A program made the position numbers and the translations under genes. A stretch of DNA of 45,037 nucleotides from the NCBI GenBank assembly GCA_002469975.1, contig DKMG01000075.1:1-45037 (forward strand), read 5' to 3'. Shown here piece after piece: positions 1 through 10,788 of this stretch (positions within the stretch are counted from its first letter, which is position 1; each line of letters opens with the position of its first letter). This DNA comes from Proteobacteria bacterium UBA7420 (GTDB lineage: Bacteria > Pseudomonadota > Gammaproteobacteria > Magnimaribacterales > D2472). Under the pieces are notes generated by a model that searched no databases, was not told where the DNA came from, and was given only the letters and a program-made list of their open reading frames with translations.

Positions 1-44
1 GTTAGCCCGAATGTCAAAGATGAACTTGCAGAGAAGTATTTAAC

Positions 45-857
45 TTAACTCTGGCATTTACTGCAAAAGAAAGAAGCTCGCTGTGTTTGAACTATTCTTT
101 GAATAATACCTGTTCCACATCTTGTGCATTCTTGACCCTCACGATCATAAGCAGCTAATTCAATCTTAAAGTAACCTTGATTGCCATCTGGTTGATAGAA
201 ATCTTTTAGAGTCGTACCTCCAACCTCAATAGCTCTTTGAAGAATTTTTTTTGCTGATTCAGCAATCGCCACAGACTGTTTCTTGGTAATTAATCTAGAG
301 CGTTTAGTTGGACGAACACCAACATCAAAGAGGATTTCATTGGCATAGATGTTACCAATCCCAACCACATGGGACTGGTTCATGAGTGAAACCTTGATCG
401 GGGAGTTTACTTTTCTTAGTTTTTTAAAAAGATAGTCACCATCAAAGTCTTCTGATAAGGGCTCTGGTCCTAGCTTATCAAGTAAAAAATGATGTTGAGG
501 GTCTGGTACAAAGTGAAGCGATCCAAATCTTCGAGGATCATTATAAATTAGCTTTGCATCTTGAAAGATAAACTCAACATGATCATGTTTTTTATAAAAG
601 TTAGATTCTTTTTCGGCTATTCGAACTGTTCCAGTCATTCCAAGGTGAAGCAATATTTGAGAGTCATCAATATGAAATAGAATGTATTTAGCTCTTCGGC
701 TTATTTGATCAACGGCGACGTTTTTAAGATTCTTAAATGCTTTTAAATCTACTGGCCATCTTAGATTTGAGTTATGAATTTCTACAGATTCAAGAATGTT
801 ATTCTTAAATCTCTGTATTGCTCGAACCGAGGTTTCTACCTCAGGTAATTCTGGCAT
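45..857 (-). CDS. mutM: Formamidopyrimidine-DNA glycosylase (Fpg/MutM)
   Basis: N-terminus is MPELPEVE (catalytic Pro2/Glu3). Length is 270 aa. C-terminal zinc finger CTRC...CSKC. ATG overlaps the tolC stop (TAATG at 855-859). Confidence 0.93.
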   Translation of the reverse strand: MPELPEVETSVRAIQRFKNNILESVEIHNSNLRWPVDLKAFKNLKNVAVDQISRRAKYILFHIDDSQILLHLGMTGTVRIAEKESNFYKKHDHVEFIFQDAKLIYNDPRRFGSLHFVPDPQHHFLLDKLGPEPLSEDFDGDYLFKKLRKVNSPIKVSLMNQSHVVGIGNIYANEILFDVGVRPTKRSRLITKKQSVAIAESAKKILQRAIEVGGTTLKDFYQPDGNQGYFKIELAAYDREGQECTRCGTGIIQRIVQTQRASFFCSKCQS

Positions 858-2188
858 TAACCGAGTAAGTTATTGATCTCTATAAGATTTTCTGGGCTTA
901 AGGTTCCAGCAGCGAGATGTAAGCGCAGGGTAGTAATCAAGTAGTCATACTTCGCATTGGCTAAATTTCTTTCAGCGCTGTAAAGATTTTTTTCAGCTTG
1001 CAACAGATCAACAATATTTCTTGTGCCGACTTCATAACCAACTCGCGTTGCTTCTAAGGCACTTGATGCTGAGATAACAGCTTGCTTTTGTGCTCTTAGA
1101 TTAGCCACTAATGTCACAACATTTGAATACTGGCTTCTTACATCCTGGATTGCTCCTCGTTCAGCAAATAAAGCATCTTCTGAGGATTTATTAGATTCTG
1201 CATAGGCCTGCTTGGTTCTTGAGATCACAGCACCACCTTGGAATATTGGCATTGAAAGTCTCAGGCTATAAGTGTCCCTTTGAGTTTCACTCGGGACAGT
1301 AATATTGAAAGCTCCCCCAGTGTTTAAGCCATCATAGGCATACTGATTAGTCTCTGATTCTGTTTGCGTACCCACAATATCTACCTTGGGTAGGTGGTTG
1401 GATGCAACGCTTCGCGCGTTATTTTTTGAGGCATATTTTCTAAGATTTGCTGCTTTCAATTTAAAATTATTCTCTACAGCTTTTCTTGCCCATTCTTCTT
1501 TTGAGGCTGGTACCGGATTTGATACATTCAGATCATTTACCAAGCCATCTAAGGATAGAATTTCTCTACCAACTAATGCATTTAGCGCTTCTTGAGCAGT
1601 GTAAACACTTCCCTCAATTCTAATTCTAGAAGCCATGCTAAGATCAAAGGCAAGCTGCGCTTCTTGAACTTCAGTGATAGCTGAAAGGCCGACCTCGTAC
1701 CTTTGGCTAGTTTGATCTAATTGCTTTTTAATAGCCTTTTCTTCAGATCTTGCAGCATTCAAATTATCAATAGCCCGCAATACATTGAAGTATAGTTCAG
1801 CTGTTCTTACAATTAATGCTTGCTGTGAATATGCAAAATCTGCTTCTGCTGCATCCGTTAAAAACTTTGATTGTCGATATTTAAACCAGCTGTCCATTCG
1901 CAAAAGTGGCTGTGTCAGCGAAGCAGAAGCATTAAAGTTATTATATTCATTCTGGAGGTTGCCGTCTTGGTAGTATTCATTCCAGTTAGTTTGCGCATTG
2001 AGACTGATGCTAGGCAAGAGCCCAGCTCGACCTTGAACTTTAATTTGCTTTCCTGATAAATATGAAAATTCAGCAGACCTGAACTGAGGATCATTCTCCA
2101 AGGCATCATTGTAGATATCGAGAAGACTCTCTGAAGTTGCAGCGGTGCTCATGGTTAACAGGAGGGCGAATAAATATTTAAATTTCAT
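857..2188 (-). CDS. tolC: Outer membrane channel TolC
   Basis: Has a signal peptide. Collinear with recalled E. coli TolC along the whole length (LLDIYNDALENDP, TQPL, YFNVLRAIDNL, RYEVGL..ITEVQEA, PIFQGG, GYEVGTRNIVDLL, AKYDYL). 443 aa. Confidence 0.93.
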   Translation of the reverse strand: MKFKYLFALLLTMSTAATSESLLDIYNDALENDPQFRSAEFSYLSGKQIKVQGRAGLLPSISLNAQTNWNEYYQDGNLQNEYNNFNASASLTQPLLRMDSWFKYRQSKFLTDAAEADFAYSQQALIVRTAELYFNVLRAIDNLNAARSEEKAIKKQLDQTSQRYEVGLSAITEVQEAQLAFDLSMASRIRIEGSVYTAQEALNALVGREILSLDGLVNDLNVSNPVPASKEEWARKAVENNFKLKAANLRKYASKNNARSVASNHLPKVDIVGTQTESETNQYAYDGLNTGGAFNITVPSETQRDTYSLRLSMPIFQGGAVISRTKQAYAESNKSSEDALFAERGAIQDVRSQYSNVVTLVANLRAQKQAVISASSALEATRVGYEVGTRNIVDLLQAEKNLYSAERNLANAKYDYLITTLRLHLAAGTLSPENLIEINNLLG

Positions 2189-2256
2189 AATTTTTCTTCA
2201 TGTTTACAGTGCTAACATTAAACCTTTTTTAGGTTCTCTATGTCAATCAGCTTATT

Positions 2257-2294
2257 TTAATGCATTGCTAAAAAATCTCCTAAATTAATGCATT
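2257..2294. promoter_or_regulatory. Two exact copies of TTAATGCATT (palindromic core AATGCATT) 28 bp apart in the tolC/parE divergent intergenic region
   Basis: Copies at 2257-2266 and 2285-2294, read directly from the sequence. Function as a regulator site is inferred only. Confidence 0.3.
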
Positions 2295-2370
2295 TGTTTC
2301 AATGGAGTTAGAGTAGAATATTACCTAAAAGTTCATCGAGATTGAGCTTCATATTTACAGGACACTTTAA

Positions 2371-4260
2371 TTGGCAAAAGATTACGATTCACAATCGATT
2401 GAGGTTCTCTCTGGTCTAGATCCAGTGCGAAAGAGGCCTGGAATGTACACCGATACCACGTGCCCCAACCATTTGATTCAAGAGGTGGTTGATAATTCAA
2501 TTGATGAAGCGCTAGCAGGCCACTGCTCAACTATTAAAGTGACCTTAGCTAAAGATGGGATGATTTCTGTGGGCGATGATGGGCGAGGAATGCCGATTGA
2601 CATTCATCCAGAGCATAAGGTTTCTGGGGTTGAGCTGATCATGTGTAAGCTGCATGCAGGTGCAAAATTCTCAGGTGAAGATTATAATTTTTCAGGAGGG
2701 CTGCACGGTGTTGGGGTATCTGTTGTTAATGCGCTTTCACAAAAATTATTGGTAGAGATTAAAAGAGCTGGCAAGCAGTTTGAGATGTCATTTGAAGGGG
2801 GAGAAAAAAAATCCGAGCTGACAGAAGTGGGTGAGGTAGGTGCTAGGAACTCTGGTACTAGTATTAATTTTCAGCCAGACCCTCAGTACTTTGAAACACT
2901 ACAAATTCAAACAGAAGCCCTTAAGCATCTTTTAAAGGCAAAAGCAGTTCTATGCCCCGGTTTAACCATTCACTATGCTGACGATAAAAAGGGAGAGAAG
3001 ATCTCATGGAATTATGAGAATGGCTTGATTTCATACCTATCTGAAGCTTCTGAGGGCATCGATTTGTTGTTGGAGGAGTCAATTTCTTGCAGCAAACTAG
3101 CAAAAGACAACGCGCTCGATTTTGTTCTCAACTGGTCAACAAACCCTGTTAAAAATTTAATGGGTGAATCATATGTCAATCTGATTCCTACGGCTCAAGG
3201 TGGATCTCACTTAAATGGTTTTAAAGCAGGGCTACTTGATGCGGTAAAAGAATTTTGTGAGTTTAGAAATTTAATACCCAAGGGTCTCAAGATCACGGCT
3301 GACGATGTAATTCAGCATAGTACTTTCGTTGTATCTTCTAAGCTATCTAATCCTCAGTTTGCAGGTCAAACCAAAGAACGATTAGATTCCAAAGATCATC
3401 AGAGTTTTGTTAATTCCACTACTAAAGATGTTCTCAGCATTTGGTTCAATCAGCACACTGAGGAAGGAGAGAAACTCGCTGAACTGGCGATTGCGTCAGC
3501 ACAAGCGAGAGCTAGAGAAACTAAGGTTGTGGATCGAAAGAAGACATTTCAAGGCCCTGCACTACCTGGCAAACTTTCAGACTGCAATAGCACCAACCTT
3601 GAGGAAACGGAATTATTTTTTGTTGAAGGAGATTCTGCTGGAGGCTCTGCCAAGCAATCAAGAGAAAGAAAATTTCAAGCTATCATGCCGTTGCGAGGGA
3701 AAATACTAAATACCTGGGATCTTGAAAGCAGTGAGATTATTAAATCCATAGAAATTAAAGATATCTCAACTGCCATAGGTGTTAATCCTGGGAGCCCAGA
3801 TATTTCATCACTAAGATATGGCAAAGTTTGCATTCTGGCAGATGCTGATTCTGATGGCCTACATATCGCAACTTTGTTATGCGCATTATTCCTGAGACAT
3901 TACAAACCACTAGTTATTGCTGGTCATATTTATGTAGCCATGCCTCCATTGTTTAGGATTGATTGTGCCAAAGAGGTTTTCTATGCTCTTGATGAGGACG
4001 AGAAAGAGTCGATTGTAAGAACCTTAAAGGCAAAGCCTGGTAAGCCAAAAATAGATATTCAGAGGTTTAAGGGTTTGGGGGAAATGAACCCCTCGCAATT
4101 AAGAGAAACTGTCATGGACCCCAAAACCAGAAGGCTGGTTCAGCTCACAGTTAGCCCATCTGATAATGTAAATAGCATGATGGATCTTCTGCTGTCCAAA
4201 AAGAATGCAGGGGCGCGAAAGGAATGGTTAGAAAAAAGAGGAAAAATTGTCACAGTTTAA
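2371..4260 (+). CDS. parE: DNA topoisomerase IV subunit B
   Basis: GHKL ATPase N-terminus [20 protein letters not shown]. Toprim [27 protein letters not shown]. 629 aa without the GyrB insertion, directly upstream of parC. TTG start, because no in-frame ATG lies before the conserved N-terminus. Confidence 0.93.
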   Translation: MAKDYDSQSIEVLSGLDPVRKRPGMYTDTTCPNHLIQEVVDNSIDEALAGHCSTIKVTLAKDGMISVGDDGRGMPIDIHPEHKVSGVELIMCKLHAGAKFSGEDYNFSGGLHGVGVSVVNALSQKLLVEIKRAGKQFEMSFEGGEKKSELTEVGEVGARNSGTSINFQPDPQYFETLQIQTEALKHLLKAKAVLCPGLTIHYADDKKGEKISWNYENGLISYLSEASEGIDLLLEESISCSKLAKDNALDFVLNWSTNPVKNLMGESYVNLIPTAQGGSHLNGFKAGLLDAVKEFCEFRNLIPKGLKITADDVIQHSTFVVSSKLSNPQFAGQTKERLDSKDHQSFVNSTTKDVLSIWFNQHTEEGEKLAELAIASAQARARETKVVDRKKTFQGPALPGKLSDCNSTNLEETELFFVEGDSAGGSAKQSRERKFQAIMPLRGKILNTWDLESSEIIKSIEIKDISTAIGVNPGSPDISSLRYGKVCILADADSDGLHIATLLCALFLRHYKPLVIAGHIYVAMPPLFRIDCAKEVFYALDEDEKESIVRTLKAKPGKPKIDIQRFKGLGEMNPSQLRETVMDPKTRRLVQLTVSPSDNVNSMMDLLLSKKNAGARKEWLEKRGKIVTV

Positions 4261-4262
4261 TT

Positions 4263-6521
4263 ATGGAAACTAATCAAAATATCAGCTCAATGAGTCTTAA
4301 GGAATATGCAGAAGAGTCATACTTAAATTATGCAATGTACGTTATTTTAGACAGGGCTTTACCCCATGTTGGAGATGGCATGAAGCCTGTGCAAAGGCGC
4401 ATTTTATATGCAATGAGCGAACTAGGGTTAAATGCTGGATCTAAGTATAAAAAATCAGCGAGGACAGTGGGAGATGTCATAGGTAAATTTCATCCTCACG
4501 GGGATAGTGCCGCATATGAAGCTATGGTGCTGATGGCTCAAAACTTTTCTTTTAGGTACCCGTTAGTAGATGGCCAAGGCAATTGGGGCACTCAGGATGA
4601 CCCTAAGTCTTTTGCGGCTATGCGATACACAGAATCTAAATTAACAGGGTTTGCAGATTTACTGTTATCAGAGCTGAAATTAGGCACTGTTGACTGGCAG
4701 CCTAATTTTGATGGCTCATTATTAGAGCCAACGATTTTGCCTGCAAAAATTCCAAGCATCCTATTGAATGGAACCACTGGAATTGCTGTGGGCATGGCCA
4801 CTGATATACCTTCACATAATATCGAAGAGGTCCTGGATGCTTGCATACATGTGCTAGATAATCCTAAAGCCTCAACCAAAGAGCTTATGAATTTTATTAA
4901 AGGTCCTGACTTTAGTAATAATGCACCACTCATCGCTTCCGATGAAGAGTTATTGGAAATGTATGAGACTGGACGGGGGGGCTTTAAGATTAGGTCTCAA
5001 TGGATCACAGAGGGCAATGATATTGTAATCAACGCTTTGCCTCACCAGGCATCAGGCTCAAAGATCTTAGAGCAAATAGCTGATCAAATGCAGAAGAAAA
5101 AAATACCCATGGTTGTCGATCTGAGGGACGAAGGCGACCACAAAGAGCCGGTTAGATTAGTGGTGACCCTGAAATCAAATAGAGTGGATGCTGCGGAGGT
5201 CATGAATCACTTGTATGCAACTACGGATCTTCAAAAAAATTATAGAGCAAACATTAACCTGATAAGCCTAAAAGGCTCCCCTCGTGTTTTTGCATTAAAT
5301 GATCTGATCTCAGAGTGGCTCTCCTTCCGTCAGCACACAGTCATGAGAAAGCTGGTTCATCGATTAGATCAGGTGGATGATCGTATTCATATCCTGGAAG
5401 GATTATTGATTGTGTACCTAGATCTTGACAAGGTGATTCATATTATTAGAAATAGTGATGAGCCAAAAACAGAGCTAATGAAAGCTTTTAAGATTTCAGA
5501 AATTCAAACAAATGCAATTTTAGAAATAAGACTGAGGCAGCTGGCTAAGCTTGAGCAAATTAAACTGGAGGAAGAAAAGGGTCATTTAGAATTAGAGCGA
5601 GCAGAATTAGAAAAGGTCATTAAATCGAAGGCTAGACTTAAAACATACATTAAAAATGAGCTGATAGAGATTAAAGAAAAGTTTGGAGATCACAGAAATT
5701 CACCAATCGAAGCTATGTCTGTAGCCAAAGCATTTTCAGAAGAAGAGATGGTTACTTCCGAACCAGTGACAGTCGTGCTATCTAAAGGCGGATGGATAAG
5801 ATCGGCTAAGGGTCATGATATAGATCCTGAAGCATTAACGTTTAGAGGTGATGATAGCTTGCAGCATTTTGCTAAAGGTAAGAATAATCAAACCGCTGTT
5901 TTTTTTGATTCTGGGGGAAAAGCTTTTGCGCTAGCTGCACATTCTTTACCATCTGCGCGAGGTCTAGGAGAGCCATTAACTGGAAGAGTTGCATCTGAGT
6001 CTGGCGTAACATTTATGGGCGCAGCCATTGGAGCTGACTCATCAAAGATTTTGATTGCTAATTCCGCTGGATACGGTTTTGTGAGTGAATTATCTAATGC
6101 TATTTCAAATCAAAAGAAAGGCAAAGCTTTTATGAGACTGCCAGAGAAGGCTGAGTTACTGCCGCCGTTGCCCTTGCAGGAATCGCATCTACATCTTGTC
6201 GCTATTTCATCCATAGGACGGATGCTAATCTTTGATGTGTCTGAACTACCAGTTCTTCCGAAGGGAAAAGGGAATAAAATTATTAACATTCCAAAACCTA
6301 AGTTACTGGCTGGAGAAGAATCCATGAGTTTTATTTGCCTTTTATCAGAGTCCAGCACCTTGCAAATACATAGCGGTAAACGTTTTATGTCTCTTCAATT
6401 GAAAGACTTAGAAAATTATATTTCTACCAGAGCAAAACGAGGAATGATGCTGCCTCAAGGGTATCGAAAGGTAGATCAGGTGATTGAAATCACAACTGAT
6501 ACTGAAGTTGCTCCTGAATAG
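4263..6521 (+). CDS. parC: DNA topoisomerase IV subunit A
   Basis: Motifs [30 protein letters not shown] and AAMRYTE (catalytic Tyr). About 752 aa from the ATG at 4263, which matches E. coli ParC N-terminal spacing. The track start at 4224 would overlap parE. Confidence 0.92.
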   Translation: METNQNISSMSLKEYAEESYLNYAMYVILDRALPHVGDGMKPVQRRILYAMSELGLNAGSKYKKSARTVGDVIGKFHPHGDSAAYEAMVLMAQNFSFRYPLVDGQGNWGTQDDPKSFAAMRYTESKLTGFADLLLSELKLGTVDWQPNFDGSLLEPTILPAKIPSILLNGTTGIAVGMATDIPSHNIEEVLDACIHVLDNPKASTKELMNFIKGPDFSNNAPLIASDEELLEMYETGRGGFKIRSQWITEGNDIVINALPHQASGSKILEQIADQMQKKKIPMVVDLRDEGDHKEPVRLVVTLKSNRVDAAEVMNHLYATTDLQKNYRANINLISLKGSPRVFALNDLISEWLSFRQHTVMRKLVHRLDQVDDRIHILEGLLIVYLDLDKVIHIIRNSDEPKTELMKAFKISEIQTNAILEIRLRQLAKLEQIKLEEEKGHLELERAELEKVIKSKARLKTYIKNELIEIKEKFGDHRNSPIEAMSVAKAFSEEEMVTSEPVTVVLSKGGWIRSAKGHDIDPEALTFRGDDSLQHFAKGKNNQTAVFFDSGGKAFALAAHSLPSARGLGEPLTGRVASESGVTFMGAAIGADSSKILIANSAGYGFVSELSNAISNQKKGKAFMRLPEKAELLPPLPLQESHLHLVAISSIGRMLIFDVSELPVLPKGKGNKIINIPKPKLLAGEESMSFICLLSESSTLQIHSGKRFMSLQLKDLENYISTRAKRGMMLPQGYRKVDQVIEITTDTEVAPE

Positions 6522-7707
6522 CAGATCTTAATATTGCCAGACCATCCTGAATTACATCGTCTTCAATAATGAGGCTAGGTGCAATGCGAATTGTGTTGTT
6601 ATTTGCTTTTAAAATCATCAAACCCCTTTCATAGCAAGCCTGCATCATAGTATCTAAATTAAAGTTTTCTTGAACATTTAATTTACACCCTATCCATAAA
6701 CCAGAGCTTCTGATTTCTTCAAAGCATTTAAATTCTTTATTAATTTTCTTTAACTCTTGGAGAAAAATTTTCTCTTTTTTCTTCACACCATTTAACAGTG
6801 TTTTTTTTGAAAGAATAGTCATGACTTTTTCAGCTACCGCGCATGCCAATGGATTGCCTCCAAATGTTGATCCATGAGATCCAAGCTGCATGCATTCTGC
6901 AATTTTTGAGGAGGTTAAGACAGCGCCTATCGGAATACCACCTCCAATTCCTTTTGCGCAACACATAATATCCGGTTTGATGCCAAACTGTTCATATGCA
7001 AATAAAGTTCCTGTTCTGCCGGCGCCAGATTGCACCTCATCTACAATAATTAGAGCTTTATGTTGCTTGCACAGTCTTTTAATTTTCTGAATGAAGTCTC
7101 TTTTTGCTTTGATGATTCCCGCTTCACCCTGCACAAGCTCAATCACAACAGCCGCTGTATTTTTATTAATTTTTTTCTCTAAATTCTTTATTTCATTAAA
7201 TGGGTGATGAGTTATACCGCCAGGCATGGGCCCAAACCCCTCTATAAACCTATCAGAGCCATTAAGCGCTATGGCCATCATAGTTCGACCATGAAATGCA
7301 TCTGAAAACGCAACAATATCATTTTTCTTTTTACTGATATTTGTGTATGCATATTTACGGGCTGTTTTAACAGCTGCCTCAATAGCCTCAGCACCTGAAT
7401 TAGAGAAAAATACCTTCTCAGCAAAAGTTGTTTTGCATAAAATCTTAGCTAATTTCAGTGCCGGCTCATTGGTTAACAGGTTAGATAAGTGCCAGATTTT
7501 TTTTGACTGGTCCAGCAATGCTTTGTTGAGCTCAGGATGGCAATGCCCAAGACTTGAAACAGCAATACCAGAAGCAAAGTCTATATATTTTTTCTTTTTT
7601 TTGTCCCAGACAAAGGACCCCTTAGCTTTAGAGGGAATAAATTCAGCTGGCTTGTATACCGGCATCATATATCGGTTAAAATCTTTGCGAGCTGCCATAA
7701 ACACCAT
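6490..7707 (-). CDS. argD: Class III aminotransferase, acetylornithine/succinylornithine (ArgD/AstC-like)
   Basis: Motifs [38 protein letters not shown] (PLP Lys) and STFGGNPLA. Start placed at ATG 7707. The TTG at 7728 or the ATG at 7698 are also possible. Confidence 0.85.
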   Translation of the reverse strand: MVFMAARKDFNRYMMPVYKPAEFIPSKAKGSFVWDKKKKKYIDFASGIAVSSLGHCHPELNKALLDQSKKIWHLSNLLTNEPALKLAKILCKTTFAEKVFFSNSGAEAIEAAVKTARKYAYTNISKKKNDIVAFSDAFHGRTMMAIALNGSDRFIEGFGPMPGGITHHPFNEIKNLEKKINKNTAAVVIELVQGEAGIIKAKRDFIQKIKRLCKQHKALIIVDEVQSGAGRTGTLFAYEQFGIKPDIMCCAKGIGGGIPIGAVLTSSKIAECMQLGSHGSTFGGNPLACAVAEKVMTILSKKTLLNGVKKKEKIFLQELKKINKEFKCFEEIRSSGLWIGCKLNVQENFNLDTMMQACYERGLMILKANNNTIRIAPSLIIEDDVIQDGLAILRSAIQEQLQYQL

Positions 7708-7713
7708 TGTAAT

Positions 7714-8205
7714 ATGATTCAGATTCAAGAAACCAGTGAAAATAATTTTTTAGTTGAAGTGACTCCTAATAGCTCCCTAGAAGGACGAGCTCGGCTAATT
7801 TTTCTTGGCAGCCTTTCGTTTGTGTGTCTGATAATTGGAATCTTTTTTTTCTTCATGGGGGCCATTTTGATTCTTCCATTTGCTGGCCTAGAGGTCATCT
7901 TAGTTTTAACATGTTTTTATCTGAGTTTTCGTTGGAGCCAACAGAGAGAGTTAATTTTTCTTACCAATGAAAGAATTAAATTAGAAAGAGGGCGCCTGCT
8001 TAAAGAATTTACATGGGAAGAATTTAGAAGCTTCACTGTCTTAAGAGTGGAGGTAGATAATCGAGATATTCGTCATTTTAGCTTTCGATCTAAAGGTAAG
8101 CAGGTACCTTTTGGATCTTTTTTAAATGAGGATGATAAGTTGGAGTTACAGAGAGAATTGCAAACTATTATCGGCAAGCTGAATGCTCTAAGCCCAGGGC
8201 TTTAG
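7714..8205 (+). CDS. Small integral membrane protein, DUF2244-like
   Basis: N-terminal PNSSL block is followed by two hydrophobic helices (LIFLGSLSFVCLIIGIFFFFMGAILILPFAGLEVILVL) and then a soluble tail. The family call is from memory. Confidence 0.55.
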   Translation: MIQIQETSENNFLVEVTPNSSLEGRARLIFLGSLSFVCLIIGIFFFFMGAILILPFAGLEVILVLTCFYLSFRWSQQRELIFLTNERIKLERGRLLKEFTWEEFRSFTVLRVEVDNRDIRHFSFRSKGKQVPFGSFLNEDDKLELQRELQTIIGKLNALSPGL

Positions 8206-9429
8206 TTTTTTTTGAACCATATGCATTTTTCCAGCCTTGTAACTCATTGTGCGTTTAGGATCTGAATCTCCTTCAACTAATGGCTGAAAGTATGCTTTGG
8301 CTTTGCTTGTAAGACTAAATCCATCCTTGCTAATAAAGTTGGCTGGTAGTTTTTTTTCAACATTCGCAATTTTATTTAGGGGCGCAGGCACAACTTTCCA
8401 TTTATAGGGAGAGTCGCTAATTCTTTGGATAATTGGCATAACCCCATTCATTCCTTTAACCGCATATTCCACAGCTTTCTTACCAACCTCATAGGCATGT
8501 TTTCTATCAACACCGGAAGAAAGATGGCTGGCACTGCGCTGAAGATAATCGGCAACTGCCCAGTGATTTTTAAGTTTTAATTTTTTTTCAATTAGCTCTG
8601 CTATTCTGGGAGCAACTCCTCCAAGCTGACTGTGTCCAAATGCATCTTTGGAGCTTGATTCAGCCAAGAATTTACCCCGAGAATTTTTGATGCCTTCAGA
8701 TGCTACGATCACACAGAAGCCATGATCCGCAACAGTTTTCTTAACTTTCGCAAGAAACTCCCCTTGCTTAAAAACTACCTCAGGCAGCAAAATAATATGT
8801 GGTGCACCAGGGTGGCTATTTTGCGCTAAGATACTTGAGCCTGCTATCCAACCTGCATGCCGACCCATGACCTCAAGCACGAATACCTTAGTTGAGGTTT
8901 CACACATGGATTCCACATCTAATGCCGCCTCAATAGTAGACGTTGCCACATACTTTGCAACAGACCCAAAGCCAGGACAACAGTCTGTAACAGCTAAATC
9001 ATTGTCTACAGTCTTGGGGATTGCAATACACTGCAGGGGGTAACCAAGCTTTTTACTAATTTGTGAAATCTTTAGAGCGGTATCTGCAGAATCATTCCCA
9101 CCATTATAAAAAAAATACCCTATATTATGTGCTTGAAAGACTTCAATAAGTCGCTGATATTCTTTTAAGTTTTCATTTATACCTTTAAGTTTGTATCTAC
9201 AAGAGCCAAAAACACCTCCTGGACGAAACTGTAAATCTTCTACAAATTTTCTTGATTCTTTTGATGTATCAATTAAATCTTCTCTTAGAGCACCCAAGAT
9301 TCCATTTTTACCAGCAAATACTCTTCCAATTTCCGGATGTTTCTTTGCCTCTAAAATTACAGCACTTGCTGAGGCATTGATTACAGAGGTTACTCCTCCA
9401 GACTGCGCGTAAAAAGCATTTTTTTTCAT
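8188..9429 (-). CDS. pfp: Pyrophosphate-dependent 6-phosphofructokinase (PfkA family)
   Basis: Motifs YAQSGGVTSVINAS, GGNDS, IPKTVDNDL and MGRHAGW. Asp in the GGxDS block and Lys in PKTxDND are the PPi-type residues. Start placed at ATG 9429; the track start at 9444 is TTG. Confidence 0.85.
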   Translation of the reverse strand: MKKNAFYAQSGGVTSVINASASAVILEAKKHPEIGRVFAGKNGILGALREDLIDTSKESRKFVEDLQFRPGGVFGSCRYKLKGINENLKEYQRLIEVFQAHNIGYFFYNGGNDSADTALKISQISKKLGYPLQCIAIPKTVDNDLAVTDCCPGFGSVAKYVATSTIEAALDVESMCETSTKVFVLEVMGRHAGWIAGSSILAQNSHPGAPHIILLPEVVFKQGEFLAKVKKTVADHGFCVIVASEGIKNSRGKFLAESSSKDAFGHSQLGGVAPRIAELIEKKLKLKNHWAVADYLQRSASHLSSGVDRKHAYEVGKKAVEYAVKGMNGVMPIIQRISDSPYKWKVVPAPLNKIANVEKKLPANFISKDGFSLTSKAKAYFQPLVEGDSDPKRTMSYKAGKMHMVQKKLKPWA

Positions 9430-9489
9430 TGGTTTATAAATCAATTAATTTGGTCTATGGTAACAAATGTTAGCTAAAAATATTTAAAT

Positions 9490-10788
9490 ATGAAAATTCA
9501 TATCCTAGGAATTTGTGGAACCTTTATGGGTGGTTTGGCGCAAATATTGGTAGAGAATGGGCATCAGGTTTCTGGTTCAGATCAGCAATTCTATCCTCCG
9601 ATGTCCGATCAGTTAAAAAGTTTAGACATTGATATGATTGAAGGGTATGACTCGAGCAATCTGCCAGCTGCAGATCTATTTGTGATTGGAAATGCTCTAA
9701 GTAGAGGTAATCCGAGTATTGAGTATATTTTAAGCAATAAACTCCCCTATACTTCAGGGCCTCAGATGCTGGGAGAATTGATTCAAGATAGACGGGTCAT
9801 TGCAGTTTCTGGCACTCATGGAAAAACATCCACGGCATTTATGCTCTGTGAAATCTTTAAATCTAAATTAATAGATATTGGTTATCTAGTGGGCGGTGTC
9901 AGTCAATCCATTAAATCATCTGCGCAATTAGGTAATGCTGATATTTTTGTAATAGAGGCAGATGAATACGATTCCGCATTTTTTGATAAGCGCTCAAAGT
10001 TTGTGCACTATCATCCGGATACTTTGATTGTAAATAACATTGAATTTGATCACGCAGATATCTTTAATGATCTTTCAGAGATATTAAAACAGTTTCATCA
10101 TGTTGTGCGAACGATCCCAGAAGGTGGGAACATACTGATTCATGCTGAAGGTAAAAACATGACCACTTTAATGGAGATGGGTTGCTGGTCTCATACTCAC
10201 AAGATTGGCACTCCCGAAACCATTTCTCTGGATAGCAATAAAAATATTTTAATCTTTGGTGAGAAAACATTTGATCTAAATGAGCTACCTTTCAATGGCA
10301 TACACAATTATGAGAATGCTTTAATGGCCATATATGCTGCTTATTTGCATGGAGTAGAGCCTGAAGAATCATTTATGGCGTTAAAGCTATTTACCGGTGT
10401 GAAGAGAAGGTTTGAAACAATTTATCAAGATCCAGATTTTACAGTGATCGATGATTTTGCCCATCATCCTAGCGCTATCTCTAGCACTGCTTTAGCAGCA
10501 AAAGGTTTATTTGATCAGAGGATACTAGGAATCATAGAGCTAGGCTCCAATACTATGTCGGGAGGATTTCATGGCCATGAACTTTACAAAAGCGCTGAAT
10601 CTTTAGATAAGGTGCTATGGCTCAATCTTTCTGGCCACTCCAGTCACCCAGATGCATTCCTGTCTGTGGAACAGCTGGTTCAAGATTTAAAACTTCACCT
10701 TGATGAGTTTGGTGTTATTCTCATAATGAGCAATAAAGACAGTAAAAAAATCTTGGACCCCATAATTGAACTCATTAAAAACAAATAA
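9490..10788 (+). CDS. mpl: UDP-N-acetylmuramate:L-alanyl-gamma-D-glutamyl-meso-diaminopimelate ligase
   Basis: N-terminus MKIHILGICGTFMGGLAQIL..GH.VSGSD is near-identical in pattern to E. coli Mpl. Mur ligase P-loop GTHGKTST. Confidence 0.9.
   Translation: MKIHILGICGTFMGGLAQILVENGHQVSGSDQQFYPPMSDQLKSLDIDMIEGYDSSNLPAADLFVIGNALSRGNPSIEYILSNKLPYTSGPQMLGELIQDRRVIAVSGTHGKTSTAFMLCEIFKSKLIDIGYLVGGVSQSIKSSAQLGNADIFVIEADEYDSAFFDKRSKFVHYHPDTLIVNNIEFDHADIFNDLSEILKQFHHVVRTIPEGGNILIHAEGKNMTTLMEMGCWSHTHKIGTPETISLDSNKNILIFGEKTFDLNELPFNGIHNYENALMAIYAAYLHGVEPEESFMALKLFTGVKRRFETIYQDPDFTVIDDFAHHPSAISSTALAAKGLFDQRILGIIELGSNTMSGGFHGHELYKSAESLDKVLWLNLSGHSSHPDAFLSVEQLVQDLKLHLDEFGVILIMSNKDSKKILDPIIELIKNK

Noticed and set aside
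1-48. An open plus-strand frame at the left edge (VSPNVKDELAEKYLT, stop at 46-48) that would overlap the mutM 3' end by 4 nt.
   Set aside because: Only 15 codons are visible, so the product cannot be identified or even confirmed as coding.
4224-4262. Longer N-terminal extensions offered by the ORF track: parC 4224, hemB 31844, trxA 32827, aroQ 27175, lptE 21234, nDsbD 27582, MFP 38309, pfp 9444, dat 18926.
   Set aside because: The extensions overlap the upstream gene or operator and look unlike real protein sequence. The internal ATG gives the canonical family N-terminus or signal peptide in each case.
7343-7717. A 124-codon ORF antisense to argD, ending right at the DUF2244 start. Other embedded ORFs appear in the track, e.g. 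4592-4933, 3407-3709, 21361-21684, 42604-42933, 1386-1595 and 25135-25401.
   Set aside because: All lie inside, opposite to or out of frame with genes whose products have strong family motifs. Their translations are low-complexity with no recognisable motifs, no convincing SD, and several lack ATG starts. I treat them as shadow ORFs.
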